Assembly: GCA_976226885.1 (NCBI GenBank)
Contig: OZ320318.1
Coordinates: 24,490,001 to 24,554,000, forward strand
Length of the DNA: 64,000 nt
DNA from: Iphione sp. A-MEVVRFRX5
Taxonomy: Eukaryota
Direction: 5' to 3'
Position numbers and translations under genes: made by a program. The first letter of the stretch is position 1, and each line of letters starts with the position of its first letter. A model generated the notes under the pieces. It was given only the letters and a program-made list of their open reading frames with translations. It ran no database searches and was not told the DNA's origin. Positions 12,636 to 26,700 of this stretch are shown piece after piece.

Positions 12636-14464
12636 AGCTTAAGAGCAGAGGGGGTGGAGACAAAGTTAGATATGGAGACGAGATTGTGAGAGACTTGCAG
12701 GCAAAGGGATCATACGTTAAGTGGTGTTGAATACACATACACAAGACGTAGACATAAACCGATGGTGGATTTCTATTATCTATAAGGTGATATGCTCTCT
12801 CCATATTCACTGGACTGGTGTCGGAATATGACGTTGAATATTAAGTCTTTCTTGGTGTCATGAAGCTCAACCATACCGTATTCGTCAAACATGTGCAGAT
12901 TAAGCATTGTAGATTGGCTGCTGGCTGGTGGAATACGTGCTTGTTAAGGCAGGGTCAAATTCTTAAGCTGTGAAGTAGTGTCCAAAGGTCTCTCTTTAAA
13001 CAACAATCATACAGACGGATTTGAATTTTAACAACAGGACTCAAGTTGAATAAGCTTTGCATAGAAGGACTTCGAGCAAACTGCCTGTGTATTTGACTGG
13101 GGTATGATAGAACGTTTGACTGCAAAGGTCAAATCAAAGGTTGATTCAATATCTTAACAAACGAGGCTGATCACCCAAGTAAGATTATTGTCTCTTGCAA
13201 CTAGAGACGTACAGGTCTCCTCTCACCTATTGGCCTTAAAACGACCTAGCAAGCCTAACGTAAAGCAGGCAGTGAGAGCTGGCTAGCGAAGGCATTGTGA
13301 TGCGCGGTACAGTGATTTAGTATAGCAACAGTGGCCCACGCATGTATACACAATCCATACATCCAAGATAATATGTCTAGTAAATGTGATTCTACTGAGT
13401 AGAGAGGTGTCTGGATGGGTCCATAGGGGGGTTGATGAAGGTGCCCATTGTTTCCGCCTATGATGAAAATTACATGGGGAAGCAATTCGTCTTTTACAGG
13501 ATTGGTGTGGTCGGATGAATGTTGAATAGTGCAATCCACCATCATGATTGTGTGTTGAAATGAGAAAATGAGCTGACCACCATGGTTGACATAGAGGTAC
13601 ACATCTGGACGCTTCAATAATCTTTTCCTATGAAGTTGAATATTAGATATGAAAGGAAGCAATAGTTCAGCTGTCCATGTATTCAAGATTATTACACTCC
13701 TTTTCGCACAGGGGTTGAATTATGTGGTGATTCTCACCCTCACCAGCCGACAGTTTACTGATTCTCGCCAACCATTTGCCTCACAAGTGCATCATCCCAA
13801 TCACACGGGGGGAGGGTGTCTCACAAGTGTTGGCGAATAAACCCCTCTGAGGGGGGAGATGTCGTAACGGGGTCCATGGCGCCTGGTATTGGAAGCACGC
13901 CAGACACCATAGGTGATTTCTTTTTCATGCGATCACGCAGGATCATCAAAGATTGATGACGTAGTGCACAGCAGTGGTTACGACTCTCCCAACGCCACCA
14001 CTGGGGTCGTGAACGGGGCATTACAACTGACACCGTCGGGGCCGTAGACGCCGATGAATATAGTAATCTATCGCATCCTGTCCAATATCAAAACAGGATT
14101 CTCAACACTGATGCAAGGCTGCACTATGGAATATTCCTTGTCGCCCTTTTGGTATGCGGCTGTCCACTCGTAAAATGCTATGGATGTTTATCGTTGAAAG
14201 TAGGTGGTGTGAATACGGAAATATGAACTTTTGGGGGGGGGGGTATTCGGTGAAGTAGGTTATATTTTTGGCGGTATTCGGTAACGTAGGTTACGTACCC
14301 TTGAACAGTAACACAGCAGTCCCCACTCCGCTGACCAGCACCAAAACGACTTAGTTTGAGCGAATCGAATTGTGTCGAGAGATATCATTCAGGGAATAAG
14401 CCACAGTGGTTTCCTCGCAGCTGGCCACGGGACTAATTAAATTGGAACCCCGCGATGGCAATGC

Positions 14465-14523
14465 CGCCTCACTCCACCTCTCCTTTCCACCTCTCCATCC
14501 TGCATCCTCTCCCTTGCCGGTCC

Positions 14524-14606
<83 letters not shown>

Positions 14607-14680
14607 GTCAGTCTCTCTCTCCTTCTCCCTTTGTGACTCTTCCCATCTCTCTCCTTCTTTCCCTCTCTCTCCTTTCCGCC

Positions 14681-14729
<49 letters not shown>

Positions 14730-14750
14730 ATTCTCCCTCTCCCTCTCCTA
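14465..14750 (-). repeat. Long (CT)n polypyrimidine tract
   Basis: About 280 nt, almost all pyrimidine, with near-perfect (CT)n at ~14527-14602 and ~14683-14727. Source of the spurious ER/SL-repeat ORFs. Confidence 0.97.
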
Positions 14751-16227
14751 GTCGATCCCCTCCCAACAGGGGCCATCCCCCAGCTGTCGTTTGCGCTACT
14801 TGCTCTGAGTCAACGAGCGGATCGCGTGCGTAGTGTCCCGTCCCCGGGCCGTGTGCAAAAGAACACCGCCTATAGAGCGTTTGCAAGTGCCAAGACCCCT
14901 TTCAGAGCATTCCAGGTAACTAGCGCTGGGCCTGTTTATAGGGCAGCAGAGCCGTCTTGACATGTTAAGGTCCTAATCTGACGTTCCGATGCATTCCATA
15001 TTTGGTCTGGAATGCCGGTCGCCATTATTTGGAATGGATGAAAATCTGCCGGGAGAGTCGAGCTCGATGTGGTTATAGATCTGGACACATGGTCATTCAC
15101 ATTTGAATTGCCTCCGCATGTTACCTAATTTGAGAACCGTACATAGCAGCAACACTTCTATTGGGTTTAAGCTAATCTCAATTCATAGCAGTCACGCATT
15201 ACTTACGGTAATCAACTTTGACAACATGGCAGGATCAACTGATCGATCACACCCCAAGAAGGTGGTCTGTTATGGGCGGAATGCGCGGGATCTTGGCGGC
15301 TATGGCGTAATGCCCCATAAGTTGACCGCGGCTTACAGCTCCAGGCTTGAAGGAGGGCGGTTGCTTGTAGGCAAAGGGTTGGCTGGATACAAGTAGCAGT
15401 GAGGGCGGTGGGGTTGGTCGGTTGGTTGTGCGCTGGCGGCAGCCCTTCAAAAAGCTTTAGGAGACCCTTGCAGCCTGACCATTAAAGGCTGCCAGTAAAT
15501 TACAGCCGGAGGATGTGGGCGTCAGAAGAGTTCGGCCATGTATCTCTCAGGCGGACTCTGTACGTGTTTTGTGTTTAGAACATCGATGTTTGGGTAATTT
15601 AGGGAAGCAGAAAGCAGCGGTTCGGCTGTTTACCCAAATGCTCGTCCTATTTCCAGGTAATCACCAGTTGCAGTGATAACAGATTTAAAAAAAAAGCAAA
15701 TGCAGTGATGTTGGATAATGGGTAAACAAGGTTGGCAAAGACATAATATGTTTGAGGTTACACGTTCTTCTTTAGTATGATTTATCCGAGGTCCGCGTAG
15801 CGACCAAGCCCCAAAGAATTCCTTTACGAAGAAACCTATATCAAAGGGATCCTTAAAAATCGTGTGCATCACGTGATCCCTCTCGCGCTACCTTCTCTTT
15901 GTGCACAACACAAACATCTAATAAACATCAAAAGGCAGTTGCCTAAGACCAGCACACTTGGAACCATTACCTGCTGCATTCCCCTTTTGAATGCTTCCTG
16001 AAAAGTTCACCAAGATGCATTTTAACAACTTTAGTTTCACAAGTCGCAATCTTCCGTTTATAGATTCAGACTTTAAAAACTTTAAAATACATTGCTAGCT
16101 TTAACTTAAAACGAGGAAAACATAGTGATCATAAACCGATCTTTAAAGTATGCACAAGATTTGTCCGTCAGATTTTTGCATTTTGCAGCTGCCTAAAGCA
16201 AAGTGAAGCTCTGCCCTCAATACCCTG

Positions 16228-16255
16228 AAGTCAGACCGGGGTCAGACACAGGTCA
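16228..16255 (+). promoter_or_regulatory. DR5 nuclear-receptor element (RARE-type) with a third in-phase half-site
   Basis: AAGTCA-gaccg-GGGTCA-gacac-AGGTCA. The last two half-sites match the RG(G/T)TCA n5 consensus exactly. Confidence 0.35.
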
Positions 16256-17211
16256 CATCAATGCCAGCACCATTTGAACGGATTGAGTCGCTGCAGTACA
16301 AGACGATGAGTAATGGACTCTACCCGCTCCATCTTCCCAACAATTGATCTTTCTGACAAGTCACGATTGAATTTTGCATTATTCGTATAAAACGCTAACT
16401 ACATGTATAACATTGCGGAAGGACCGTGTTTTTTTTTAATTTGTGTCTTTGCGACAAAAATCACGGGGATAGCAAAAATAACACTGCCATTGTCTTAATT
16501 ACATTTAATTTTGCCATCCAGTGAAAGCTTTCTATGATGTGGACGCAGACTATTTCAAATTGAGATAAATAACTTGAGGTCTGCCCACTAGACTTCTTAA
16601 TATTGGCGGCAGTTGCGTTTTGTCCGCAACCTACTGTCTGAAAACTACGTGTGTACATCATTCGTCTGTACACTGGGGAAAGGCAATATCTCCCTCAGCG
16701 AGCTTAGATATTCTGTAGCCTAATCCTTCTCCGATAATTACAGATGGGAAGCTCATTAAATTGGTCGCACTGAAATTTACATCCAACAGTTTCAGGAAAA
16801 TGAAGATTCATTACACTGTACGTCATGGGAATTCTCTCACAGATGGTCCCGTTAAAACACGTGACTCGGTTGCTTTTCATAAAACGAACACCATGTTTAA
16901 TGGGACGCAGTGAAGAAGATAGAATGTCACTAGGACGTTTGATATTTGCGAACATCTACTTCTTTTGCTGGTGGAAAAGTCGCCGACAGCACTAACCTGT
17001 AAACCCGTTCGGCGCAGTCTGCAACAGTACCCCGGCTAGTTGTAACTGGTTCGGTTGTTCTAATTAGGGATCGGAAATGGAGCAACGCTAAAAACGTTTT
17101 GTGATAATTATTTCAACATTTCCCTCACCTTCATCTTCGAGGTCAGCCGGCAGTGGGCGGAGGGGAATTAGGAACTGTCACGAAACCAATTTATGGCTAA
17201 TAAACATCGAG

Positions 17212-17450
17212 GTTATTGAAATCTCTCGCTATTCTGTTATTGTACCTCCTGGTTGTTGCTTTCTTTCTCCTTCCTTCTTTCTATTTGATATTCTCCCCCT
17301 TCAATGCCCTCTCTATAAAAATGTATGTTATTGAAATCCCTTTCTATTCTCCGATTGTATTTACATGTATTAGTTGTTGCGCTGTTTCTCCTTCTTTCCT
17401 CTATTTGGTTTCCCCCTCTTTCAATGCCCCCTTTATATATATAGGTGTTA
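17212..17450. repeat. Diverged ~115-120 bp tandem duplication
   Basis: gttattgaaatc starts at 17212 and 17327, and both copies contain ctattct...ctatttg...tcaatgccc. Confidence 0.85.
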
Positions 17451-19836
17451 TTTTTTCCTTCATTCATGCAGAGGGTGAGGAATAGAGATGTGCTTATACG
17501 TAGCCCACTGTTCGTACCCTGTTTGTCCTTGAGGCTGTGACCTGTATCAATTTCCTGCCACTTACATTATTGATCCGAGCCCCTTTCGAGGACAACGAGT
17601 GGAAAGACGCAGCTGTTTATAGACAGAAAGACTAAGAGACATGTGCCTTGCGTCAATACCTTCGTTTTTTTCAAACTTATACAATGCCCATAATGCCTCT
17701 CTGAAAAATATTGACATAATCAGCCGATTACGACTTATCTATTAGCTTGCTATGAAATATCTTCGGAGGAACGGACTGCTGAAAACTATGATCTCTTGCG
17801 CCTATAAATATTGGTGGTAAAGCCGGTGTGGTACTTTAGGACAAGATGGAATTTTAAGAAGTGCATCTCATTGCCAGACGTTTCTTCATTTATCCCCATC
17901 GCAAACGTATGCCATTTTGATATTAATGTTATCTTGTGACATGTGAAAATTAATGTCTCCGTCTGGGAACTACCTTCATGGAAGAGTAAGAAACGAGACA
18001 CGCCGCTGGGTGCGATATGCTGCTCACCGAGAGTCTGGGTCATATCTATCGAAGGATTGACCGTGAACCGGCATCAGCTTAATATCTTTACAGCCAGCTG
18101 ACTCACAGGAGCTAACTCTGTAATCTGATAGCCAGGTCGCCTGGTATTAATGAGATAGAACTTCTTGACACTGACTTTAAAATAACAGTCCCACTCTGAG
18201 CAGCTCTAATGCTTTCAAGAGACGCGTCACCGTCCATTTAGAAGGATCGGACACATTAACGAAAAGAAAACCATTAGGACGTTACGTGACCAGGGTGACG
18301 ACAGAATCCTCTACAGTAGATGACTTGCATTGCAAGGAATATCTCTCATCTGAATTCGCAATTAAAATGTGCACATGTCCTTTTTGTGGCGTTTACGTCA
18401 TATGCTGTGTAATAAAGCTGCTGTCCACTCAGTCATGTACCAAAGTGTCGTTAGTGTGGTTAAAAAAAACTTTCTGAATTCATGTCAACGTAAATGGACA
18501 GCTTATGCAACATATAACAAAATATGAAGTGTAAACAGTTTGATACATGGTGTATTTAATAAAAAAAAGTCTTGGTCTGATATGACAGCATTAAGAACAG
18601 ACAGGGGCCGCCTCTGTATTAAGTAGCTCCCCATGGTGCGGAAGGTCACCATGGGGTGTTGCGGAGAGTGGACGAGCAGGAAAACGTTTGGAAAGAAGAT
18701 GACTTTCTACGATAGAAAATATCCATACATTAGAATGTATCTAAAATATATAAATCGGTCGAGGAGACGTATTCGTAGGGAATACCTACCTCTCGTATGA
18801 GAGAGAAACGGTAAACCGACAGCAAGATAGAAATCGATCGACAAACTCAGGTACACACAAGAGCAAGAAATACATAGATATAAATGTGGAGGTAACCACA
18901 ATCAGTGTGCAGCAATTATCATGCCTTTGATTTTTTCTAACCAATGAGACAGGCTCTCCACAAATAATCTATTCATCATGTACCCCGCAGAATTTACCAA
19001 TTGCCAAATTACACCAAAACGATGCAAAATTATGTTGTTTACACATTTTCCTGAATGTGATTGGCAAGTCACCAAAGGAACTTTACAAGGCTACTGAATT
19101 GCTATGGCTATGGCTCCTTTTCTTCCTTGGGTCATGAGCTTTCATTTGATATATCTATATATTATTACAATCATACTACCAGAAGTGGATGTTTTTGGCT
19201 TGCGAAGACACAGCCTATCTTTTTTTTAACAAGTAACATGTGACCACTCTTATGGGTTAACCAATACCTGCCATAACCTTGCTACACATTTCACCGATTG
19301 TTGTTTATATTAAAACATATTTTGTGGATCGGTTAAATGAATCAAGTATCTAGAGCAGCAATGTCAATATATGATATTTAGATACTAATAGGCATACATT
19401 CTACATGTGCTGTCAGTACGTCAGTATCACTATGTCAACAAAAACACGTGTCAAAATTTAACCCTTTGCTCTGTGGGACTGTGCATCAGGGCGTCAGTTA
19501 CTCAGCCCGAACACTTTGTTCTGGCTGACGTTCTGACATAATTGACATACTGTCTCACAGAGCTCATTGTTTGATTTTGCGTAGAATTTTTTTCTGACGT
19601 ACTGGTGCGCACATGGTACATACCTCATATAATGCCATTTTACTGGGGGGAAATAGAGGTCCTTTAATAATCTGTTCACTTTGGAAGACTCTTCGCCGAA
19701 GAATCACATTCCTTATGGGGAAAGCGTCCAGTCCATTGGTGCCTCCTACCATTCCAAAATGACCGTCTAAATGGAACCAAACAATTTGGGACTGAACCGT
19801 TTCGGATAGGCAGGGTGAGGTTAATGGCCATTGGAA

Positions 19837-19901
19837 GGGTCGGTTGAGGGGTGGGGGTCGGGGGTTGGCTGGGGTGAGGGTGGGTGGGTGGGTGGGTGGG
19901 T
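19837..19901 (+). repeat. G-run cluster ending in (GGGT)6, G-quadruplex-compatible
   Basis: gggtcggttgaggggtgggggtcgggggttggctggggtga followed by (gggt)6 at 19878-19901. Confidence 0.85.
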
Positions 19902-20730
19902 GAGAAGACGCGCGCATCGGTTTCGCGTCGGCGTGAAGTCATGAATACCGATGATTAACCGTCCGCCGCCTCTCCCATTCCGTCGACAGTCCATACAGTT
20001 CCCGACAGGCATATGCCGAACTGTGACTTTAGGCAACTCCCCATGAATATGTGATGCAATATCTCCTCCTCCAACTGAGAGCGACGCGTCGCCAGGTCTC
20101 GGGGTGTGATTAATGTAAACGTGAGTCGCCAAATGAAGCTAATGCAGTGTACCTTTGCTTGCCTGCGCAGCTTCACGTTGGGGCACTAGTGTCTCACTAG
20201 GCTTCTCTTTTAGATAGTACATGTTCTTCCTTTTTGGGGGCTTGTAATCCTTCGCACAACTGTACAGTTAAATAGAAAAAAAACTATATATATAATATGC
20301 GATGGCACATATATATATACCCGATAGATACCTTTTGCTAGCGTTTGAAATTAGCGGCCACATTTCGAGTGATTATGTAAGAAATGCAGGTATTGAATGC
20401 AGTAACACACCTAGTTTAGACCGATTCTATCCACCACATTGAGTGCAGTACAAGAGACAGACGCTTCCAGGCAAGTCAGAGTTCAGCATGTCGCATTCCG
20501 GCTCTTGCAGAGAATGCTGAGTCATCATCACGTGACTATACCCTGTGGCAACGGACCTATAAAGGCCCCACTATTGGGTTGGTGTGTCAGAAATTAGGGA
20601 GCGAGCGGCTGGGAGGATGAGGTGGGGGTGGGAGGTGCTGGGAGGAGGGAGAGGGATGATGTACAGAGGTGTTCAGCTATGCAGAGACCGTCAGGTCTTT
20701 TGTTAGCGCTCCAGTCTGGTCACCCCAAGG

Positions 20731-20761
20731 GGGTCAAGGCTCACGGGTTGACCTGTGACCC
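20731..20761 (-). promoter_or_regulatory. Nuclear-receptor DR1 element with extra half-site
   Basis: TGACCT-g-TGACCC at 20749-20761 (GGGTCA c AGGTCA on the minus strand), and GGGTCA at 20731-20736. Confidence 0.3.
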
Positions 20762-23700
20762 CAAGCCGTTTGTTTGACTGAGATCCAATTCTCGAAGGTC
20801 GGGAGCATCGGTGACTTTGATTGGTTGCCTGAATGTCCCGGCAGCGTTGATTGGTCGAATAAATCAGCTGTATGGCAGCCGACCCCAGTGCCCTTTCCAA
20901 GACTGGACGATATATCATACTTCATTTGCTTGCGGTCGACTAGAGCACAAAGGGAGCAAGTCACCGAGCAGCAGACCGAGCAGGTGAATCGAAAAAGAAT
21001 AAAATTATTTTTGAGAATGTGCTTCATCAAAATTGGTGAGGCGGATTTCAAAAATAGACACGAGAGACCATTCGAGAGTTCCAGCTCCTCGTGGTGTGAC
21101 GGAGAAAATGGAATCTCTTCCATCAGTATCTTGGTCTTGATAAGAACAGATCACATATCAAGGTTCACTCTGAATATCGAGTCTTGAGCACTCAATTTTG
21201 TTATCTGGATATCGTGACGGTGCCACATGGGAAGTGAAAGGAATTTCTTTTCTGTCTCTTTAAGAAATACGTTTTGGTGAAAAATGGATTCGTCCCGATA
21301 AGCAGAAGCCATCCCCCCCCAAAAAAAAAGAAACATTCTCTGTGTCTTGTGTCTTCTTTGTGTCTTACTTCAAATATTGCGCTATGATTCATGGACCCGT
21401 GTGGCAATGCGAGGGACTTTATGTGGCAAAGACCTGATCGGGAAAGCTACTGAATAGATGCTTAGTCAAGTGTATGTAATATTTCAACAACGAACGCTTC
21501 AGTACGAATGCTTTCCTGTTGTTTTCTGACTGCATATGCTAAGTTCAGATACAAACCTGTGTGAATGGGCTTCGGATAGCGTGGGTAATAAACAATATTT
21601 ACGCGTCCCAAATAAAAGGTGCGCAAATATTTGCGAATGCCGGCCACAGCCGCGAAGTGTTGGCGAAGACAGTCCATTAATTATGATTATGGGGTCTAAT
21701 GGGACGTTTATGATAAAATGCTTATAGGGCATTTTTTGTGGCGTGTACAAGATTCATGCGTTTCTTGATCCCAGTAAATAATTCTAGTTGTCACAGCCCT
21801 ACCACACTCGACAATAATATTTCATGCTATTGTTTGTATATCGCCCTCTCCCAGTAACGTTCTTAGATGCAGGTATTATTGGCCGGAACGAAATAGGGGT
21901 CGTAGACGTGTGATCTAAAGTGCATTGAATTTCGAGTAATGGACATGAACTAGGCCTACATCCTTTTCCAACGCGAAAAAAAACTTTTATGCACAGTAGA
22001 ATGTTGTGATCTGTTTAATCAACGTTTCAATGAAGAGCAGCCTAGTATCTCATTAGTTTGCTATGAGCCAGCAAAACAAACACCGCAGAACGTCATCTTT
22101 CCGCAGGTGGGAAAGTCTGTATGTTACCTTTATCATTCTAACCAGTTTTCCTATGAAAAACATATACAGCAATGAGCTGATCACAACATGGCATAATAAC
22201 GTTTACGCACCAGATACAATGTATATTTCAACTAATTCCTTTTATGAGAGTGATTGTTGTAGTCATGCACCAATTTGAAAAAAAACATCAATAATGGCCG
22301 TAATTTTAGCATTATTATGCTAGCAACAGAACTTTACTGGGAGACCCCCAAGTTAGTCAATTACCTAGCCACCATTTTGTGTTTTAGCCATTATGATCCT
22401 AACCTTGCCTGTCCTGCACTGTAAAGAGTGTTATTTGTATTAATGTGTTAATTTGTTGATACTGAATACAGCTGTTAAATTAATTAAGATTCCAATAGGT
22501 TGGTTTAAAGCTGCATGAACCTATACTCTTAGACATCTAAATCATTTAACCTTTCCAATACACATAAATCATTTAAAAAATGTTAGAAGCATATAAATAC
22601 ATCATTATTTTTATATCTATCAACAATCTAGATGGTGACATTTCATTGAAACCGTGGATACGTTAACTCTTTCTAAGAATCATTGGTGCACTGGGCACGT
22701 TATCTGATAACAACTTTCTTCATCCATCTAGAACCGACAAGGCCACAAAAAATGCTATCTTTCGTTCTTGTCCTCACCTGCAACGCAGGCCTACCAACAG
22801 TGATGGGATATAAATTATATGTGGTTGAAGCCAGCCCGGCCTGGCAGTACTTCCAGTCCTGTCAAAACAACACCAGTGATTCAATAAATGCCCCTTGTTA
22901 GGTATCTCAGCTACGAAGAGGAAGGCCATTCTAGCAGGTATGATGTCTACACTCGATCATGATAAAGAGAGAGCAATGTCGACACAGCGGCAAAAAAATA
23001 ACGGGGACCTCTTGCGTCCCGGAAACGTTCCCATCCAGCGGAACCACAGAGAGAATATTTAACGAATGTGGCCTTTCCATCGACCTTTCCCTATTACGGC
23101 AGCATCGTAGCGAACAAGAAATCAAACCTAGGGGACCGTGATTAAATTTCATATGCACATACATCAATTGTTTTACTAGCAACTAACGCATCGATCATGG
23201 GTCATGCACATTACGCATACATAAGGGCACACCCATCGGCTAATTTTATGCCACCAGTTAAAAAAAATATCCCTCGCAACCATCAATGCTACCCTACAGT
23301 ATGCTGAGTTTGATGTCAAATGGCTTGTTTATGGGATTGTTATCGCTCCAGGGGCGCCTCGTGCACCACGTGAATAAAACAGATGACTCAGCAGAGAAAT
23401 CCTAACCATCACAATTTGAAATATCGACGCTGTAAATCAATGTATATATATATTGATTTCATTCAGGCAGAGAGTTAATGATGTTATCCTGCTGGCAATG
23501 CTTTTTTTTCAAATCACGCCACACAACCTGATCTATTATCTAAAGTCTGATCTATGATAACTGCGATAGTGGTGGCTAAATGTGTAACGTTGCCCTGCTC
23601 ACATTAATCGGATTTCAACCGTTGTTTTACACATGTACTTCAGTCCTGCGATCTTCATATCTGTATATCTTAATGAACATGCGCACTATCATGTTTCCAA

Positions 23701-26700
23701 TCAACGATGCAGGAGTCAATCCATGTTGGTGCGTGTACGCCTGCGTGTGTAGTGGGGACTTATGGACTAGGTGGAACAATACTGGGTGCGGTCCGTCAAA
23801 TCCATTCATTCTCAAGTAAATGGACGATATATGTACAATAGGGCATGATTTAACTAACTAATACTTAATTTATTCCTTTGTAATCTGACGAATCACTACA
23901 CTGGTCTCACGACTTTGAGATAAAATGCATGATGACCATCTTTTCAACTTACCTATTTTAACTAGTAGGATTCTCTATAAGAGAGAAATCTTGTTAATTT
24001 ATGATAAAACCAGATAGTGTTTCAGAATGATCCTTTTGTTGTTTGTTTAAAATCTTTTTAATAGGAATTTTTAACTTAATACTTTGAAAATATTAAGTAC
24101 ATTAAAATCTCCTAGAGATATTCTACATAGACACTAATGTTACTATGTGGTTCGAATGATGTCCATATCATAAGTAATTATCCTTCATTATTTGATTTCA
24201 AAAACCTAAAACTGAAGTACAAATATTTTGAAAGTATTCTACACTAAAACTGATAATTTAGTGTTGACGCTGTTTCTGTGTCCACACATTTTTTTAAACA
24301 CATGTTATCGGCAACATCATTGACATATTCTTTATGTAGACATACCTCAACTCAGAGTAGTATAGAAAGTAATCAGGTGCACATTTTATTGATATTTATA
24401 TCAAATTTGTGAAAAAAAATGTACAGTTCATGGGATATGGCATATATCATTGTAACCTGTCTGTTGTACCAAAAGCTACAGGTGAATAAGTGATGCTCAA
24501 CTAGAGTTACCTCTCCAAATTGTTCTATTAAACATGCATTAGAAGAGAATACAAATACAAGTGTTTCTATGTTGCTTCAAATCAACAGTGTCAACAAATA
24601 ACAGCTGAAGATCGATTCCTGTCTAAAAGAAGCACATGGACGTTTAAAACATGTTAGAGTAATAGCCGTGAGTAGTATATGAAACTGAAATGTCGCCAGG
24701 CACCTTGCACGATGTACTGTATTTCTTGCGTCTTGACTGTGAACCGATCATGGACATAACCATTCAGTAAACTTAGAGGAAAGTGTGAAACAAATGCGAA
24801 CATTATTGATTCTCTAGATACCAACTAACTTCAGTTGTGGTAGCACATAAATCCCTGCCAATATCGTGTGAGATTTGAGGGGAGAGATGACAAATATTAC
24901 ACAATGTAGCCTGGCATGTTAAGTATACGTTACTACTCTGTAAAATCAGCCTGGCACAACAACAAAACAGTCTATATACAGAGCAGGAAAGTCTTAAGCC
25001 TAGAAGTCCTTTTTCGCTCATTTTTTTTCCGTACAGACAGGCGTTGATTGGAACCACATGAATGGAGGCTTGCATCGCCTGGAAGGCAACTCATAGTACA
25101 GATTCAAATATCAAAGCTATCCTTCTGTGTATTGTGGTTGGCCATTGAACGGTGTGTAGGATTTCGTATTGTGTTAAACTGGTGACTTGGGAAAAAATTG
25201 AATTATCAGGCGGACCGTGATGCATCACCAATCGTCTTAAGGTACGAAAGGGATTAAGATGTTTGAAGAGATACACTTCAATAAAGTCACCAATTTATTT
25301 TCTGAGAAGCTGCTGAATATCTAATCATAAAGAAGGGAAAAACTACAGCTAGTGGCTGCATTTAAAGAAATATAATTTTTCCCTAAGATGTTTTTGATCA
25401 AATACAACATTCAGCTTTTTGGTATTAACTCAGTGAACAATTATGTAGAAATGTAGTTATGTCCTTTGGCAATCCAAGCCAACAAACGTTAATCGTTGAA
25501 AGGTGAAAGGTTCACAGTGATATCTGGTTTCGGAGTTAATGGACATGTTGTTCAAGCGAAGAATCATACAAACTGTCCCTGATCCCGATACACCCGCAGG
25601 AAAGGCCAGAGCAACTGATGTTGGCTCATCTGAAGGTAGCATACACAATTTTCACACCGAATCCCTTTCACTTCAGTAACGGGAGTACTACAGCCATCAG
25701 TCAGGACGCGGCACAGATGCACAACAGCCACAATAATATTAAATTGATAAGTAATTGACCGATCGCACATATCATCCCGACAATGGGAGAATTATGTTTC
25801 GTGGACACTTCATTTAGCTGTGAGAGTCATGTGTCAAAACAACCTCATTATTATCCTAACAACAAAATGTAACTATGATACGTGTGATCGGTGAGTTCGT
25901 ATGCTGCGAAAGAGTGTGCGCCGTTCCCGATTAGATGCATTTGATCATTTATACTAATTTGTAGTAGAGTGCTACTGATCAGTACGAAGTCTATAAGGTG
26001 TCTATTGAATTACCTTAGTTATAGAGGACTGATTAGAGAGCTGACACCTTACGGCAGGGATAACGTATTTCACGAGTAGTGGAAGCTCTATAAGGATGAT
26101 TTGAATGTGAAACAATAAAGATCATTAGTTCTTAATGGCCAGCACTGGTAAGCAGGTTACCTTCTGTTCAGAAAGCATTACTTTAATCTCTGATCAGTAC
26201 TTGACTATTCCGTCTCAACACGAGTTAAGTACCTTCTCTAGCGGCGGGTTCTCTGCCAGGCCCACAGAGTGAAAGATATAGGTGACGTTCAGGGGGGCAT
26301 ACTTCAGTTATCAAGGGTTCACTGAATAATATTTTGTGTTTGATTCTGATTGGGTAATAAGCAGATCGACCATGCATTAAAAGATCATGGTTTCTTTAGT
26401 TTGTTCAGTTAGATAACAGGTTTCACTTGGTTTAAACAACTCAGACAAGGCTGTGCTGCTGTCTACTACTTATACGTTAAAAGCTATAAGGTAGACTAAT
26501 TTCACTTGTAAACATCCTGTGCCATCTGCTATTACCCGTCTAAGAATGGCCTCCGGAAGACCTAAAATTCCACAGACTTCCTCTACCAATGTATTCAAAC
26601 AGAACGTCTCTTTCGGCGACTCCACCTACAGACTAAAAAATCAGTCATTGTGTACAGATGTCTACACGACGCAGTTACCGGAAGTAACGGGGACTAGACG

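Noticed and set aside
13255-13686. 143-aa minus-strand ORF
   Set aside because: No recognisable domain, transposase or RT motif, and no convincing splice boundaries. The length is attainable by chance in 64 kb.
14047-14226. Open frame with signal-peptide-like stretch (YGIFLVALLVCGCPLVKC)
   Set aside because: No in-frame ATG and no good upstream acceptor. Short hydrophobic runs are common in random translation.
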